Shown: piece after piece, positions 45,677-55,216 of the stretch
Position numbering within the stretch: the first letter of the stretch is position 1
How the letters are laid out: every line of letters starts with the position of its first letter
Origin: an uncultured candidatus Brocadiaceae bacterium
Lineage (GTDB): Bacteria; Planctomycetota; Brocadiia; SM23-32
NCBI GenBank assembly: GCA_964434535.1
Contig: CAYSWA010000003.1
Coordinates: 102,570-166,569 of the forward strand
Reading direction: 5' to 3'
DNA: 64,000 nucleotides
The notes under the pieces: generated by a model
The model's database searches: none
The model's input: only the letters and a program-made list of their open reading frames with translations
Told to the model about the DNA's origin: nothing
Translations under genes and position numbers: made by a program

Positions 45677-46798
45677 GTGAGCGAGCAGGCATCCAAGGAC
45701 CGAGAGACGTTCCTCACCCCCGAGTGGTTCGCCCGCGAGCAGAAGGAGCGGATGGAGTCGGCGCGGGGCCGCCTGCTGATCGCGGGGCTGCGCAGCGGGG
45801 CCGAGCTGGCCGGGCGCGTCGTGGAGCGCTACGGCGAGCTGCTGCGCGAGGCCGGCAGCGCAGACGAAGTGCTCCACCTGGGCGAGATCGACCGCCGGTT
45901 CGCCAACGACGAGACCTGCGTGCGGCTGGACCGGCACGTCGGCGGCTACGACGTCTACCTCATCCAGGCGCTGGTCAACCCGCGCTCCGCGCTGTCGGTC
46001 GACGACAACTACGCGGCGTTCCTGATCGCGGCGCGCACCTTCTGCGAGCACGGCGCGCGGCACGTCACCGGCATCCTGCCCTACCTGGCCTACGGGCGGC
46101 AGGACAAGCCGACCAAGTTCCAGCGCGAGCCGACCACGGCGAAGCTGATGGCCGACCTGGCCGTGGCGGCGGGCATCGACCGGCTCGTCTCGTGGGAGCC
46201 GCACTGCGGGCAGATCCGCGGCTTCTACGCGCCGCTCTGCGTGCACCTGCTGGAGTCGCTGACGCTGTTCGTGGAGCAGTTCGAGCACTGGCGCGGGCGC
46301 GAGGACGTGATCGTGGTCGCCCCGGACGTGGGGGCCTCGAAGTTCGTCACCCACTTCGGCCGGGCGCTGGAGCTGGAGTGCGCCATCGCCAGCAAGTACC
46401 GCCCCCGCCCCGACGAGGCGGCGATCACGCAGGTCATCGGCGAGTTCGCCGGCAAGCGCGTCGCCCTGCTGCTCGACGACGAGATCAGCACCGGCGGCAC
46501 GGTCTACGCCCTGGCCCGCAAGCTGGTCAAGGACTACCAGATCGAAGAGGTGCACGTCGGCGTCTCGCACAACCACTGCCTGCCGATCGCCCGCGAGCGC
46601 CTGGCCGAGCTCCACGAGCAGGGCGCCCTGCGCAGCGTGCTGGTGACCAACAGCATCCCCCAGACTGACGAGTTCCTGGAGCTGCCGTTCTTCGAGGCGC
46701 GCTGCCTCTCCGATGCGCTGGCGCGCACCATCAACCGCATCCACTACAACCGCTCGGTCAGCGAAGTCTTCTGGCGGCCCGGCGCCGAGGGGGGATGA
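45677..46798 (+). CDS. prs: Ribose-phosphate pyrophosphokinase (divergent)
   Basis: RFANDE, PYLAYGRQDK, VVAPDVGA, DDEISTGGT, VTNSIP. Confidence 0.85.
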   Translation: MSEQASKDRETFLTPEWFAREQKERMESARGRLLIAGLRSGAELAGRVVERYGELLREAGSADEVLHLGEIDRRFANDETCVRLDRHVGGYDVYLIQALVNPRSALSVDDNYAAFLIAARTFCEHGARHVTGILPYLAYGRQDKPTKFQREPTTAKLMADLAVAAGIDRLVSWEPHCGQIRGFYAPLCVHLLESLTLFVEQFEHWRGREDVIVVAPDVGASKFVTHFGRALELECAIASKYRPRPDEAAITQVIGEFAGKRVALLLDDEISTGGTVYALARKLVKDYQIEEVHVGVSHNHCLPIARERLAELHEQGALRSVLVTNSIPQTDEFLELPFFEARCLSDALARTINRIHYNRSVSEVFWRPGAEGG

Positions 46799-46800
46799 AG

Positions 46801-46875
46801 ATGGCCGAAGGCCAGCCGTTCCGCTACTGCCTGAACACCAGCACCATCCGGGGCCAGGGGCTCGGCCTGCCCGCC
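46801..46875 (+). pseudogene. 5' fragment of a sugar-phosphate isomerase/epimerase (xylose-isomerase-like TIM barrel)
   Basis: MAEGQPFRYCLNTSTIRGQGL resembles the N-terminus of this family. Coding bias is lost after about 46875. Confidence 0.5.
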
Positions 46876-47026
46876 GTCCCGATTTCGGTTCGTTTCGTAA
46901 TGGGGCTTGTGGGCCGCTTGCAGGGCCTTCACAGCCGCCCGGGCGGCGTGCAGCACATTCTACGCGCTGGGCGCGCGGCGCGTGTCCCATTCGGGCGCAT
47001 TCGGGCGGTCGGCCCGCGCGCTGCGC

Positions 47027-47055
47027 TTGGCCGGCGCGGCGCCTTCGGCTAAAAT
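47027..47055 (+). promoter_or_regulatory. sigma70-type promoter of the lpdA operon
   Basis: TTGGCC-17 nt-TAAAAT. Confidence 0.55.
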
Positions 47056-47107
47056 GACGCTCCGGGGGCGGACGGACCGGCGTCACTCTCGCACCGACGA
47101 GGCACCG

Positions 47108-48505
47108 ATGGGCGACAGGTACGACTTCGACGTGGCGGTGATCGGCGCCGGCCCGGCCGGCTACGTGGCGGGCATCCGCGCGGCGCAGCTCGGCGCCAGG
47201 GCATGCGTCATCGAGAAGGGACACTTGGGCGGGGTCTGCACCAACGTCGGCTGCATCCCGACCAAGGTCCTGTGGCAAACGGCCGAGCTGCTGCTGGAGG
47301 CGCGGCGGGCCGACGAGTTCGGCGTGGATGTCGGCAAGGTCACGCTCGACTACGGCGCGCTGGCCGCCCGCCGCGACGAGATCATCGAGAAGCTGCGCGG
47401 CGGCATCCAGTCGCTGCTCGGCGGCAACGACGTGGAGCTGCTGCGCGGGGCCGCCGCCTTCACCGACTCCCACGCCGTCCGCGTGAAGGGCGATGAGCTG
47501 GACGAGCAGATCACGGCCGAGAAGATCATCATCGCCACCGGCTCCCGCGCCATCGGAATCCCGCCCGCCCCGTTCGACCACGAGCTGATCATCGACAGCA
47601 GCGACGCGGTGAGCGCCGACGCGCTGCCCGGCTCGATCCTGATCATCGGCGGCGGCTACATCGGGGTCGAGTTCGCCAGCATCTACGCCGCCTGCGGGGT
47701 CGAGGTCACCGTGGTGGAGATGCTCGACCGCCTGCTGGCGGCGATGGACGCCGACTGCGCCCGCGAGGTGGTCAAGTTCCTGAAGAAGTCGGGCGTCAAT
47801 ATCCTGACCGGCACGAAGCTGGCGGAGACCGCCGCCGGCGACGGCTCGGTCAAGGCGACGCTCTCCGACGGGCAGGAGGTCGAGGCCGAGAAGATGCTCG
47901 TCTGCGTGGGACGCCGCCCCGACTGCGAAGGGCTCGACATCGAGAAGGCCGGCGTCGAGCCGGGCGAACGCGGGGGGGTGAAGGTCAACGAGCGCCTCCA
48001 GACCTCGCAGGAGCACATCTACGGGGTCGGCGACGCGATCGGCGAGCCGCTGCTGGCGCACGTGGCGAGCCACGAGGCCCTCGTCGCCGCCGCACACGCC
48101 ACCGGCACGATTACGGCGAAGATGGACTACCGCGTCGTGCCCGCCTGCGTCTTCGTCCACCCGGAGATCGCCACCGTCGGCCTGCTGGAGGAAGAGGCCC
48201 GGGAGAAGTACGGCGAGGTGGAGGTGAAGAAGTTCCCCTTCCGCGCCCTCGGCAAGGCGCACATCAGCGGGCAGACCGACGGGCTGGTGAAGATGATCGC
48301 CGACGCCGAGACGGGCCAGCTGGTGGGCGTGCACATCGCCGCCGCCGACGCCAGCTCGCTGCTCGGCGAGGCGGCGCTCGCCCTGAAGCTCGAATGCACG
48401 GCCGAGGAGCTCTCCGAGACGATCCACGCGCACCCGACTCTGGCGGAGTCGCTGCGCGAGGCCGCCGACGGCCTGATCGGGATGCCGGTCAACTGGATGG
48501 GCTGA
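47108..48505 (+). CDS. lpdA: Dihydrolipoamide dehydrogenase (E3)
   Basis: GAGPAGY, GGVCTNVGCIP, GGGYIGVE, HAHPTLAE. Confidence 0.96.
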   Translation: MGDRYDFDVAVIGAGPAGYVAGIRAAQLGARACVIEKGHLGGVCTNVGCIPTKVLWQTAELLLEARRADEFGVDVGKVTLDYGALAARRDEIIEKLRGGIQSLLGGNDVELLRGAAAFTDSHAVRVKGDELDEQITAEKIIIATGSRAIGIPPAPFDHELIIDSSDAVSADALPGSILIIGGGYIGVEFASIYAACGVEVTVVEMLDRLLAAMDADCAREVVKFLKKSGVNILTGTKLAETAAGDGSVKATLSDGQEVEAEKMLVCVGRRPDCEGLDIEKAGVEPGERGGVKVNERLQTSQEHIYGVGDAIGEPLLAHVASHEALVAAAHATGTITAKMDYRVVPACVFVHPEIATVGLLEEEAREKYGEVEVKKFPFRALGKAHISGQTDGLVKMIADAETGQLVGVHIAAADASSLLGEAALALKLECTAEELSETIHAHPTLAESLREAADGLIGMPVNWMG

Positions 48506-48525
48506 GCCGCGAGGAGCCAGCGCAC

Positions 48526-49227
48526 TTGCCGCACCGTGACGCCACGACTGCCGCCCCCGAGCCGCTCGCCGTCCATGGCCTGACGCGGATGGGCTACGAG
48601 GAGGCGCTCGCGCTCCAGGTGAGCTTGCGGGAGGTCTGCATCGAAGGCGGCGGCGAGGCGCTGCTGCTGGTCGAGCACCCGCCGACCATCACCCTCGGAC
48701 GCAAGGGGAGCCGGGACGACATCGTGGCGCCGCTGGGGGAGCTGCGCCGCCGGGGCGTGCGGGTCTTCGAGGCGGGCCGGGGCGGCCGGGCCACCTATCA
48801 CGGCCCCGGCCAGCTTGTGGCCTACCCGATCCTCGACCTGCGCCGCCGCGGCCGCAGCCTGCATCGCTACCTGCGCGAGCTGGAGGCGTGGCTCGTGCGG
48901 CTCTGCCGGCGCTTCGGCGTGGCCGCCCACGCCGGCTCGCCGCAGACCGGCGTCTGGGTCGGGGAGCGCAAGATCGCCTCGATCGGCGTCGCCGCCCGCC
49001 GGTGGGTCAGCTACCACGGGGTGGCGCTGAACGTGACGACGGACCCCTCGGCCTTCGAGCTGATCGTGCCCTGCGGGCTGCGCGGGGTGCGGATGACCTC
49101 GCTGGCGGCGGAGCTCGGCGAGGCGCCGCCGATGGACGCGGTCGCCCAGGCCGCCGCGGCGCTCTTCGCCGAGCAGTTCGGCCCCTGCGTCGCACCGCCG
49201 GCACAGACGGAGGCCGGGGCCCGATGA
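48526..49227 (+). CDS. lipB: Octanoyltransferase LipB
   Basis: VEHPPTITLG, RGGRATYHGPGQLVAYPI, KIASIG, HGVALN, IVPCG. TTG start after GAGGAG (start uncertain). Confidence 0.93.
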   Translation: MPHRDATTAAPEPLAVHGLTRMGYEEALALQVSLREVCIEGGGEALLLVEHPPTITLGRKGSRDDIVAPLGELRRRGVRVFEAGRGGRATYHGPGQLVAYPILDLRRRGRSLHRYLRELEAWLVRLCRRFGVAAHAGSPQTGVWVGERKIASIGVAARRWVSYHGVALNVTTDPSAFELIVPCGLRGVRMTSLAAELGEAPPMDAVAQAAAALFAEQFGPCVAPPAQTEAGAR

Positions 49228-50093
49228 GCGAGCGACGCCGGTTCCCCGAATGGCTCCGCAAGCGCGTGCCGCCCGGCGGGAGCACGGCGCCGGTCAGCCG
49301 GCTGCTGCGCGAGCTGCGGCTGCACACCGTCTGCCGCGAGGCGCGCTGCCCGAACACCGGGGAGTGCTTCGCCCGGGGCACGGCCACCTTCATGATCCTG
49401 GGGCGCGTCTGCACGCGGGACTGCGCCTTCTGCGCGGTGGTCGGCGGTGAGCCGGCCCCGCCCGACCCCGAGGAGCCGGAGCGCGTGGCCGAGGCGGCGC
49501 GCCGGCTCGGCCTGCGCCACGTGGTGCTGACCAGCGTCACGCGCGACGACCTGGCCGACGGAGGCAGCGCGCAGTTCGCCGCCACCGTCCGGGCCGTGCA
49601 CGGCGCGACGGACGCAACGCTCGAGGTGCTCGTCCCCGACTTCGGGGGCCGGCGCGAGGAGCTGGAGCGCGTCCTTGACGCCGGGCCGGAGGTGCTCAAT
49701 CATAACGTCGAGACGGTGCCGCGGCTCTACCCCGAGGTGCGGCCGCAGGCCGACTACCGGCGTTCGATCGACGTGCTGGCCCGTTCGGCGGGCCGCGCCC
49801 CGCTGACCAAGAGCGGGCTGATGCTCGGCCTGGGCGAGGCGGCCGGCGAAGTGCAGGCCGTGCTGACGGACCTGCGCGCGGCGGGCTGCCGTGCCCTGAC
49901 GCTGGGGCAGTACCTGGCCCCTTCGCCGCAGCATCACCCCGTGGCCCGGTTCGTGCCCCCAGAGCGGTTCGCCGAACTCGCCGACGAAGCCCGCCGGATC
50001 GGCTTCGACGCCGTCCAGAGCGGCCCGTTCGTGCGCAGCAGCTACCGGGCCGAGGCGGCGCTGGAGGCCGCCGCGCGTTGCCACGCTGACTGA
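49224..50093 (+). CDS. lipA: Lipoyl synthase
   Basis: CREARCPNTGEC, CTRDCAFC, NHNVETV, RSSY. Confidence 0.96.
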   Translation: MSERRRFPEWLRKRVPPGGSTAPVSRLLRELRLHTVCREARCPNTGECFARGTATFMILGRVCTRDCAFCAVVGGEPAPPDPEEPERVAEAARRLGLRHVVLTSVTRDDLADGGSAQFAATVRAVHGATDATLEVLVPDFGGRREELERVLDAGPEVLNHNVETVPRLYPEVRPQADYRRSIDVLARSAGRAPLTKSGLMLGLGEAAGEVQAVLTDLRAAGCRALTLGQYLAPSPQHHPVARFVPPERFAELADEARRIGFDAVQSGPFVRSSYRAEAALEAAARCHAD

Positions 50094-50129
50094 ATCAGGA
50101 CGCTTTCATCACCGCACATGGAGGAAGAG

Positions 50130-50372
50130 ATGGCCCACGAGGCGAAGTTGCCGCCGCTCGGAGAGGACGCCCCCGACGAGGCCGAGGTCTCGTTCTGGTA
50201 CGTCGAGGAGGGAGACTCGATCCAGGAAGGCGAAGACATGGTCGAGATGGTCACCGACAAGGCCGCCTTCACCGTGCCCGCGCCGGCCGGCGGCACCGTC
50301 CAGAGCATCGTCGCCGACGAGGGCGACAAGGTGCAGGTCGGCGAGGTGATGGCCGTCATCGAGGAGGACTAA
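50130..50372 (+). CDS. Stand-alone lipoyl-carrier domain protein
   Basis: 80 aa; W.VEEGD, EMVTDKA (lipoyl-Lys), PAPAGG, EGDKVQVG. GGAGG RBS. Confidence 0.9.
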   Translation: MAHEAKLPPLGEDAPDEAEVSFWYVEEGDSIQEGEDMVEMVTDKAAFTVPAPAGGTVQSIVADEGDKVQVGEVMAVIEED

Positions 50373-50393
50373 GCACGCGCCACAGGGGCACAG

Positions 50394-51419
50394 ATGGCGT
50401 TCGATAACATCCCCGATCAGGCCGAGGCGGCGCGGCGCCTGAGGACGGCGCTGCGGGCCGGGCGGCTGGCGCACGCCTTCCTGTTCGCCGGCTCGGTCGG
50501 CACGGGGCGGATGGCCGTGGCGCGCGAGCTCGCCGCCGTGCTGCTCTGCGGCGAGGACGAGCGGCCGGACGACTACTGCGGCCGCTGCCAGAGCTGCCGC
50601 CTGATGGCCGGCGGCGACCACCCCGACTACTACGAGGCCGGCGTGCCCGAGGGGCGCCAGTCGCTGCCGATCGCCACCGTCCGGGAACTCCAGCGCATCG
50701 CCGCCCTCAAGCCGGTGCGGGCGGCGCGGCGCGTCTTCGTGCTGCGCGAGGCGGAGCGGATGACCATCGAGGCGGCCAACTGCCTGCTGAAGACCCTCGA
50801 AGAGCCGCCCGGCGGCTCCCTGTTCATCCTGGTCGCCTCGAGCCTGCGCGAGCTGCCCGAGACGATCCGCAGCCGCTGCCAGGTGGTCCGCTTCGCCGCC
50901 CTGGAGCCCGAGCGCCTCGCCGAGCGGCTCGTCGCAACGGGGGCCGATGAGGCCGACGCCCGCTGGCTGGCCCGCCGGGCGTGGGGAAGCCCCGGACTGG
51001 CGGAGCGGCTGAGGGAGGCCGGGCTGCCCGAGTTCAACCGCGAGCTGATCGAGCGGCTGCGGGCGGCCGGGGCCGGGGAGAACTTCGCGCTCAGCGACTG
51101 GCTCGGCGAGCAGGCATCCGCCGGCTCGCGCTCCGGTTCGGAAGCGCGGGCGGCGCTCCAGGAGCTTCTGGAGTGCGCGCTGGTCTACTACCGGGACCTC
51201 GCCCTCGCGGCGGCCGCCGGGCCGCAGGCGCCGCTGTGCAACGCCGCCGAGGCCGGGGCCATCGCCGCGCGGGCCGCCGGCGAGCCGGCCGAGGAGTTCC
51301 TCGAGCGCGCCGACCTCGTCCTGGAGGCCATCGAAGCGGTCGGCGCCAACGCCCAGCGCCGCCTGGCGCTGGACGACCTGCTGACCCGCCTGGGACGCCG
51401 CGCGGAGCGCCGCCCGTGA
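50394..51419 (+). CDS. holB: DNA polymerase III delta' subunit
   Basis: HAFLFAG, CGRCQSC, HPD, AANCLLKTLEEPP, TIRSRC. Confidence 0.93.
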   Translation: MAFDNIPDQAEAARRLRTALRAGRLAHAFLFAGSVGTGRMAVARELAAVLLCGEDERPDDYCGRCQSCRLMAGGDHPDYYEAGVPEGRQSLPIATVRELQRIAALKPVRAARRVFVLREAERMTIEAANCLLKTLEEPPGGSLFILVASSLRELPETIRSRCQVVRFAALEPERLAERLVATGADEADARWLARRAWGSPGLAERLREAGLPEFNRELIERLRAAGAGENFALSDWLGEQASAGSRSGSEARAALQELLECALVYYRDLALAAAAGPQAPLCNAAEAGAIAARAAGEPAEEFLERADLVLEAIEAVGANAQRRLALDDLLTRLGRRAERRP

Positions 51420-52486
51420 CCGAGCGCATCGAAGGCACCGTCACGAAGATCACCTCCGTTTTGGCCGAGGTCGACGTGGGCGGGCGCACCTACCAGTGCA
51501 AGGCGCGCGGGCGGCTGATCGAGGCCGACTGGGGCGAGACGAAGCCGCTCGCCGTCGGCGACCGCGTCGCCTTCACCCCCATCGAAGACGGCGAGGACGA
51601 GGGGGTGATCGAGGAGGTGCTGCCCCGGCGCACGAAGCTCTCCCGCCGCCTGCCGCGCGACCCGCGCATCGAGCACGTCATCGTGGCGAACGTGGACCAG
51701 GCGCTGATCGTCGCCTCGGTGCGCAAGCCGCCGCTGACCGCCGGCATCATCGACCGCTACATCATCGCCGGCGAGGCCGGCGGCCTGGAGCCGATCATCT
51801 GCATCAACAAGATCGACCTGGCCGAGGAGCCGGGCGAATACCTGGGCCTGGCCCGGATGTACGGCGAGATGGAATACCCCGTGGTGCTGACCAGCGCCAC
51901 CGAGCGGAGGGGCCTGGAGGAGCTGAAGGAGCTGCTGCGCGGCAAGAGCACGGTGCTGGCGGGCCACAGCGGGGTGGGCAAGTCCTCGCTGCTCAACGCG
52001 ATCCAGCCGGGGCTGGATCTGCGCACCGGCGCCGTGGACTACAAGGGCCGCCACTGCACCACGTGGGTCTCGCTGCTGAAGCTGGAGTTCGGCGGCTACG
52101 TGGTGGACACGCCGGGCATACGGGAATACGACCTGTGGGACATCGAGAAGCACGAGGTGCAGCAGTTCTTCCCGTGGATATGGGAGCGCTCGCACGAGTG
52201 CGACCTGCCCGACTGCATCCACGTGCACGAGCCGGGCTGCGCCGTCAAGCAGGCGCTGGAGGCCGGCGAGATGCCCCGCAGCCGCTACGAGAGCTACCTG
52301 CGGATCGTGGACACCATCGAGGAGCAGGAGGTGCCACGCCGCACCGACGTGGAGCAGCCAGAGGAGCAGATCAGCCGCCGCCAGCGACGGCCCAGCCGCA
52401 GCACCCGCCGCCAGGAGCTGCTCCGCGAGGCGGAGCGCTACCTCAGCGAGCAGGACATGGACGAGGAAGAGGAGCCGCGCCGCTGA
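51416..52486 (+). CDS. rsgA: Ribosome small subunit-dependent GTPase A
   Basis: AVGD, NKID, GHSGVGKSSLLN, GRHCTT, DTPG, C..PDC.H..EPGC. Confidence 0.95.
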   Translation: MTERIEGTVTKITSVLAEVDVGGRTYQCKARGRLIEADWGETKPLAVGDRVAFTPIEDGEDEGVIEEVLPRRTKLSRRLPRDPRIEHVIVANVDQALIVASVRKPPLTAGIIDRYIIAGEAGGLEPIICINKIDLAEEPGEYLGLARMYGEMEYPVVLTSATERRGLEELKELLRGKSTVLAGHSGVGKSSLLNAIQPGLDLRTGAVDYKGRHCTTWVSLLKLEFGGYVVDTPGIREYDLWDIEKHEVQQFFPWIWERSHECDLPDCIHVHEPGCAVKQALEAGEMPRSRYESYLRIVDTIEEQEVPRRTDVEQPEEQISRRQRRPSRSTRRQELLREAERYLSEQDMDEEEEPRR

Positions 52487-52499
52487 GTCGGCCCGCGCC

Positions 52500-53585
52500 T
52501 CACGTGTAGCTCGCCCGCCTGCGCAGCACCAGGATCGTGGCGTCGAAGCCGTGCAGCGGGACGCTGAGCTCCCTCTCGGTGCGGAACAGCTTCCCCCGCC
52601 GGGCCCACCGCTTCAGTTGCCGCCCGTGCGCCGTGACCACGGCGAGCCGAGCGCCGGCACGCAGCACGCGCGCGATCCCGGGCATGACCACTTCGATGAA
52701 GAGCTGGGGCTCGCCCAGCGGCATCTCCTCCCCGTAGGGCAGGTTGGTGGCGGCGGCGTCGACCGACTCGGCCGGCAGCGGCAGGCAGAGCGCGTCCCAG
52801 CGGGCGACCCCGACCTGCGCCCCGGCCTCGCGCGCGTTGCGGCGGGCGGCGAGGGCCGCCTCGTGGGCCAGGTCGCCGCAGAGGACGCGCCGCGCCGGCC
52901 AGCCGAGCGCCCGCTCGATGGCGATCGTGCCGGCCCCGCAGAGCGGGTCCACGAAGAGCTCGTCGGGGCCGGGCCGGCTGAGCCGGGCCACGCAGTAGGC
53001 GAGCGGCGGCTCCAGCGAGCCGGGCCGGGCGGCGAGGGCGTAGGGGCGCCGGCTCATCGGGCCCCGGCCGAGCGCCAGCCCCAGGAAGCCCCGGTCGCGC
53101 ATGATCTGGAAGCGGACGTTCACCCGGTAGCCTTCCGGCTCGTAGCGCCAGTGGAGCGCCTCGTTTAGGCGGCGCCGGGCGAGGCGGCGGGCCTCCTCCT
53201 GCTCGAAGTGGTGGCCGCCGGCCACGTGCACGCTGAGCGTGTAGGACGGCGCCTCGCCCAGCTCTTCACCGCGCGCCCGTGCGACCACCTCCAGTGCCCC
53301 GGCCAGATCCACCTCCGCCAGCAGCTCCTCGATCCGCGCCAGCGCCTTCGGGCCGGAGGTCGGCACCCCGGCGAAGGAGCGCCCGAGGGCGAAGACGTCT
53401 TCCACCGAGCGCAACGCGAGCAGGTCGGCCGGCTCGGCGCGCACGTCGGCGATCAGGGCCTCGTGGCGCGCCCCGCGCAGCGTCTGCTTCACCGCCACCG
53501 GCCCGGCCCGCTCGCGCACGTCCGCCACGACGACCTCTTTCAGGCCGCTCCAGTAGGTGATGGCGCAGGGGACGGGGCGGTCCAT
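52500..53585 (-). CDS. THUMP-domain RNA methyltransferase (Trm14/TrmN-like)
   Basis: GLKEVV N-terminus, DPLCGAGTI, GD, TNLPYG. Confidence 0.8.
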   Translation of the reverse strand: MDRPVPCAITYWSGLKEVVVADVRERAGPVAVKQTLRGARHEALIADVRAEPADLLALRSVEDVFALGRSFAGVPTSGPKALARIEELLAEVDLAGALEVVARARGEELGEAPSYTLSVHVAGGHHFEQEEARRLARRRLNEALHWRYEPEGYRVNVRFQIMRDRGFLGLALGRGPMSRRPYALAARPGSLEPPLAYCVARLSRPGPDELFVDPLCGAGTIAIERALGWPARRVLCGDLAHEAALAARRNAREAGAQVGVARWDALCLPLPAESVDAAATNLPYGEEMPLGEPQLFIEVVMPGIARVLRAGARLAVVTAHGRQLKRWARRGKLFRTERELSVPLHGFDATILVLRRRASYT

Positions 53586-53590
53586 GGCGG

Positions 53591-54211
53591 TCAGCCGGCG
53601 TAGAGTCCCGCAAAGAGGATGTGCTTGCGGACGGCCTCGGGGACGAGGTAGCGGATGGAGAGGCCCTCGCGCACGCGCCGACGCACCTCGGTGGCCGAGA
53701 CCTCCATCAGGGGCGCCTCGACGGCGAGCCGGCGCGTGCGCGCCGCCCAGTCATCGCCGAACCGCTCGGCCGGCTCCGCCAGCGCCTCCTCGATCGGGGA
53801 GCCGGGCCGGGGCACGGCGATGATCGCCACCTCGCGCACCAGCTCCTCGGCGTGCCACCAGGTCGGGATCTCCCGCAAGCTGTCCCCGCCGACGATGAGA
53901 TAGAGCTGCGCCGCTTCGCCGAGCCGCTCGCGGAGCTCTCGCACGGTCTGGAGGGTGTAAGACGGCCCCTCGCGCTCCAGCTCGACGGGCAGGGCCTCGA
54001 AGGCGGGGTTCCCCTCGATGGCGAGGCGCAGCATCTGGAGCCGCTGCGGGCCGGGGCCCAGCTCGCGCTCGGGCTTGTGCGGCGGCCTGCGGGCGGGGAT
54101 GAACAGGACCCTGTCCAGCGAACGCGTCTCGCGCACCCGTTCGGCCAGGATCAGGTGGGCCACGTGGACGGGGTCGAAGGAGCCGCCGAAGATGCCCGTG
54201 CGCTCGCTCAT
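53591..54211 (-). CDS. nadD: Nicotinate-nucleotide adenylyltransferase
   Basis: GIFGGSFDPVHVAH, PPHK, GPSYT, GGDS, VSATEVR. Confidence 0.95.
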   Translation of the reverse strand: MSERTGIFGGSFDPVHVAHLILAERVRETRSLDRVLFIPARRPPHKPERELGPGPQRLQMLRLAIEGNPAFEALPVELEREGPSYTLQTVRELRERLGEAAQLYLIVGGDSLREIPTWWHAEELVREVAIIAVPRPGSPIEEALAEPAERFGDDWAARTRRLAVEAPLMEVSATEVRRRVREGLSIRYLVPEAVRKHILFAGLYAG

Positions 54212-55032
54212 GGTTCCCGCCGGAGCTCGGCGATGGCCTTCAGGCGCCCCAGCAGCGGCGCCACGGCGTCCAACTGGAGCATGGTGGCCGCGTCGGAGAG
54301 CGCGCGGTCGGGGTCGGGGTGCACCTCCAGGAAGACGCCGTCCGCCCCGGCGGCCACGCCGGCGGCGGCGAGCGGGGCGACCATGGCGCGCTCCCCGCCG
54401 CTCGCCTCGCCGAGGGCGGCGGGCCGCTGCACCGAGTGCGTGGCGTCGAAGAGGACCGGGCAGCCGGCGGCCTTCATGCGGGGAATGGAGCGCATGTCGA
54501 CCACCAGGTCGCCGTAGCCGAAGAAGGTGCCCCGCTCGGTGAGGATCACGCGGTCGTTGTCCATCGAGCGGACCTTCTCGGCGGCCTGGGCCATGTCCTC
54601 GGCGGCCATGAACTGGCCCTTCTTGATGTTGACCGGCAGGCCCGTGCGCCCGGCGGCGGTCAGCAGGTCGGTCTGGCGGCAGAGGAACGCCGGCACCTGG
54701 AGCACGTCGACCACCTCGGCGGCCGCTTCGGCCTGGCAGGGCAGGTGGACGTCGGTCAGGACGGGCACGCCGAGTTGCCGGCGCACCTCGGCGAGCACCT
54801 CCAGGCCGTCCTCCAGGCCGGGGCCGCGGAAGGAGGCTATGCTGGTGCGGTTCGCCTTGTCGAACGAGGCCTTGAAGAGGTAGGGCAGCCCGATCGCGGC
54901 GCAGACGTCCTTCAGGCGGGCGGCCAGCTCGAGGCAGAGCCGGCGGCCCTCGATCACGCACGGGCCGGCCACCACGAGCAGCGGACGGCCCTCGCCGACG
55001 GCGATCTGCTCGGTGAGCTTGACCTCGGGCAT
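54208..55032 (-). CDS. kdsA: KDO 8-phosphate synthase
   Basis: AGPCVIE, KASFDKANRTS, PAFLCRQTD, KKGQF, DATHSVQ, EVHPDP. Confidence 0.96.
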   Translation of the reverse strand: MPEVKLTEQIAVGEGRPLLVVAGPCVIEGRRLCLELAARLKDVCAAIGLPYLFKASFDKANRTSIASFRGPGLEDGLEVLAEVRRQLGVPVLTDVHLPCQAEAAAEVVDVLQVPAFLCRQTDLLTAAGRTGLPVNIKKGQFMAAEDMAQAAEKVRSMDNDRVILTERGTFFGYGDLVVDMRSIPRMKAAGCPVLFDATHSVQRPAALGEASGGERAMVAPLAAAGVAAGADGVFLEVHPDPDRALSDAATMLQLDAVAPLLGRLKAIAELRREP

Positions 55033-55093
55033 GGGCCGGGCGCTCCGTTGCTTGGCTTGAGGGCGGGCCGGTGCGGCCCCGCGTGCGGGGGCA

Positions 55094-55137
55094 AGCATAC
55101 CGGATACCTTGACAGTGGTCAAACTTTCTGCTACCGT
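55094..55137. promoter_or_regulatory. Overlapping divergent sigma70 promoters (kdsA and the TPR-alphaCTD-ruvAB operon)
   Basis: Plus strand: TTGACA(55109)-17-TACCGT. Minus strand: TTGACC(55122)-17-TATGCT. The -35 boxes form the palindrome TTGAC-N4-GTCAA. Confidence 0.65.
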
Positions 55138-55216
55138 AAGCGCGTCCGGCCGGGGGTGCGCTGGCGCGCCCCGCGGCGTTCCCCGGTGGTCCCAACTCCT
55201 TTCGCACGGACGCGTT

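Noticed and set aside
50130-50372. Glycine cleavage H protein or biotin carrier
   Set aside because: It is too short for GcvH and lacks ESVKA. It has TDKA rather than the biotinyl EAMKM motif.
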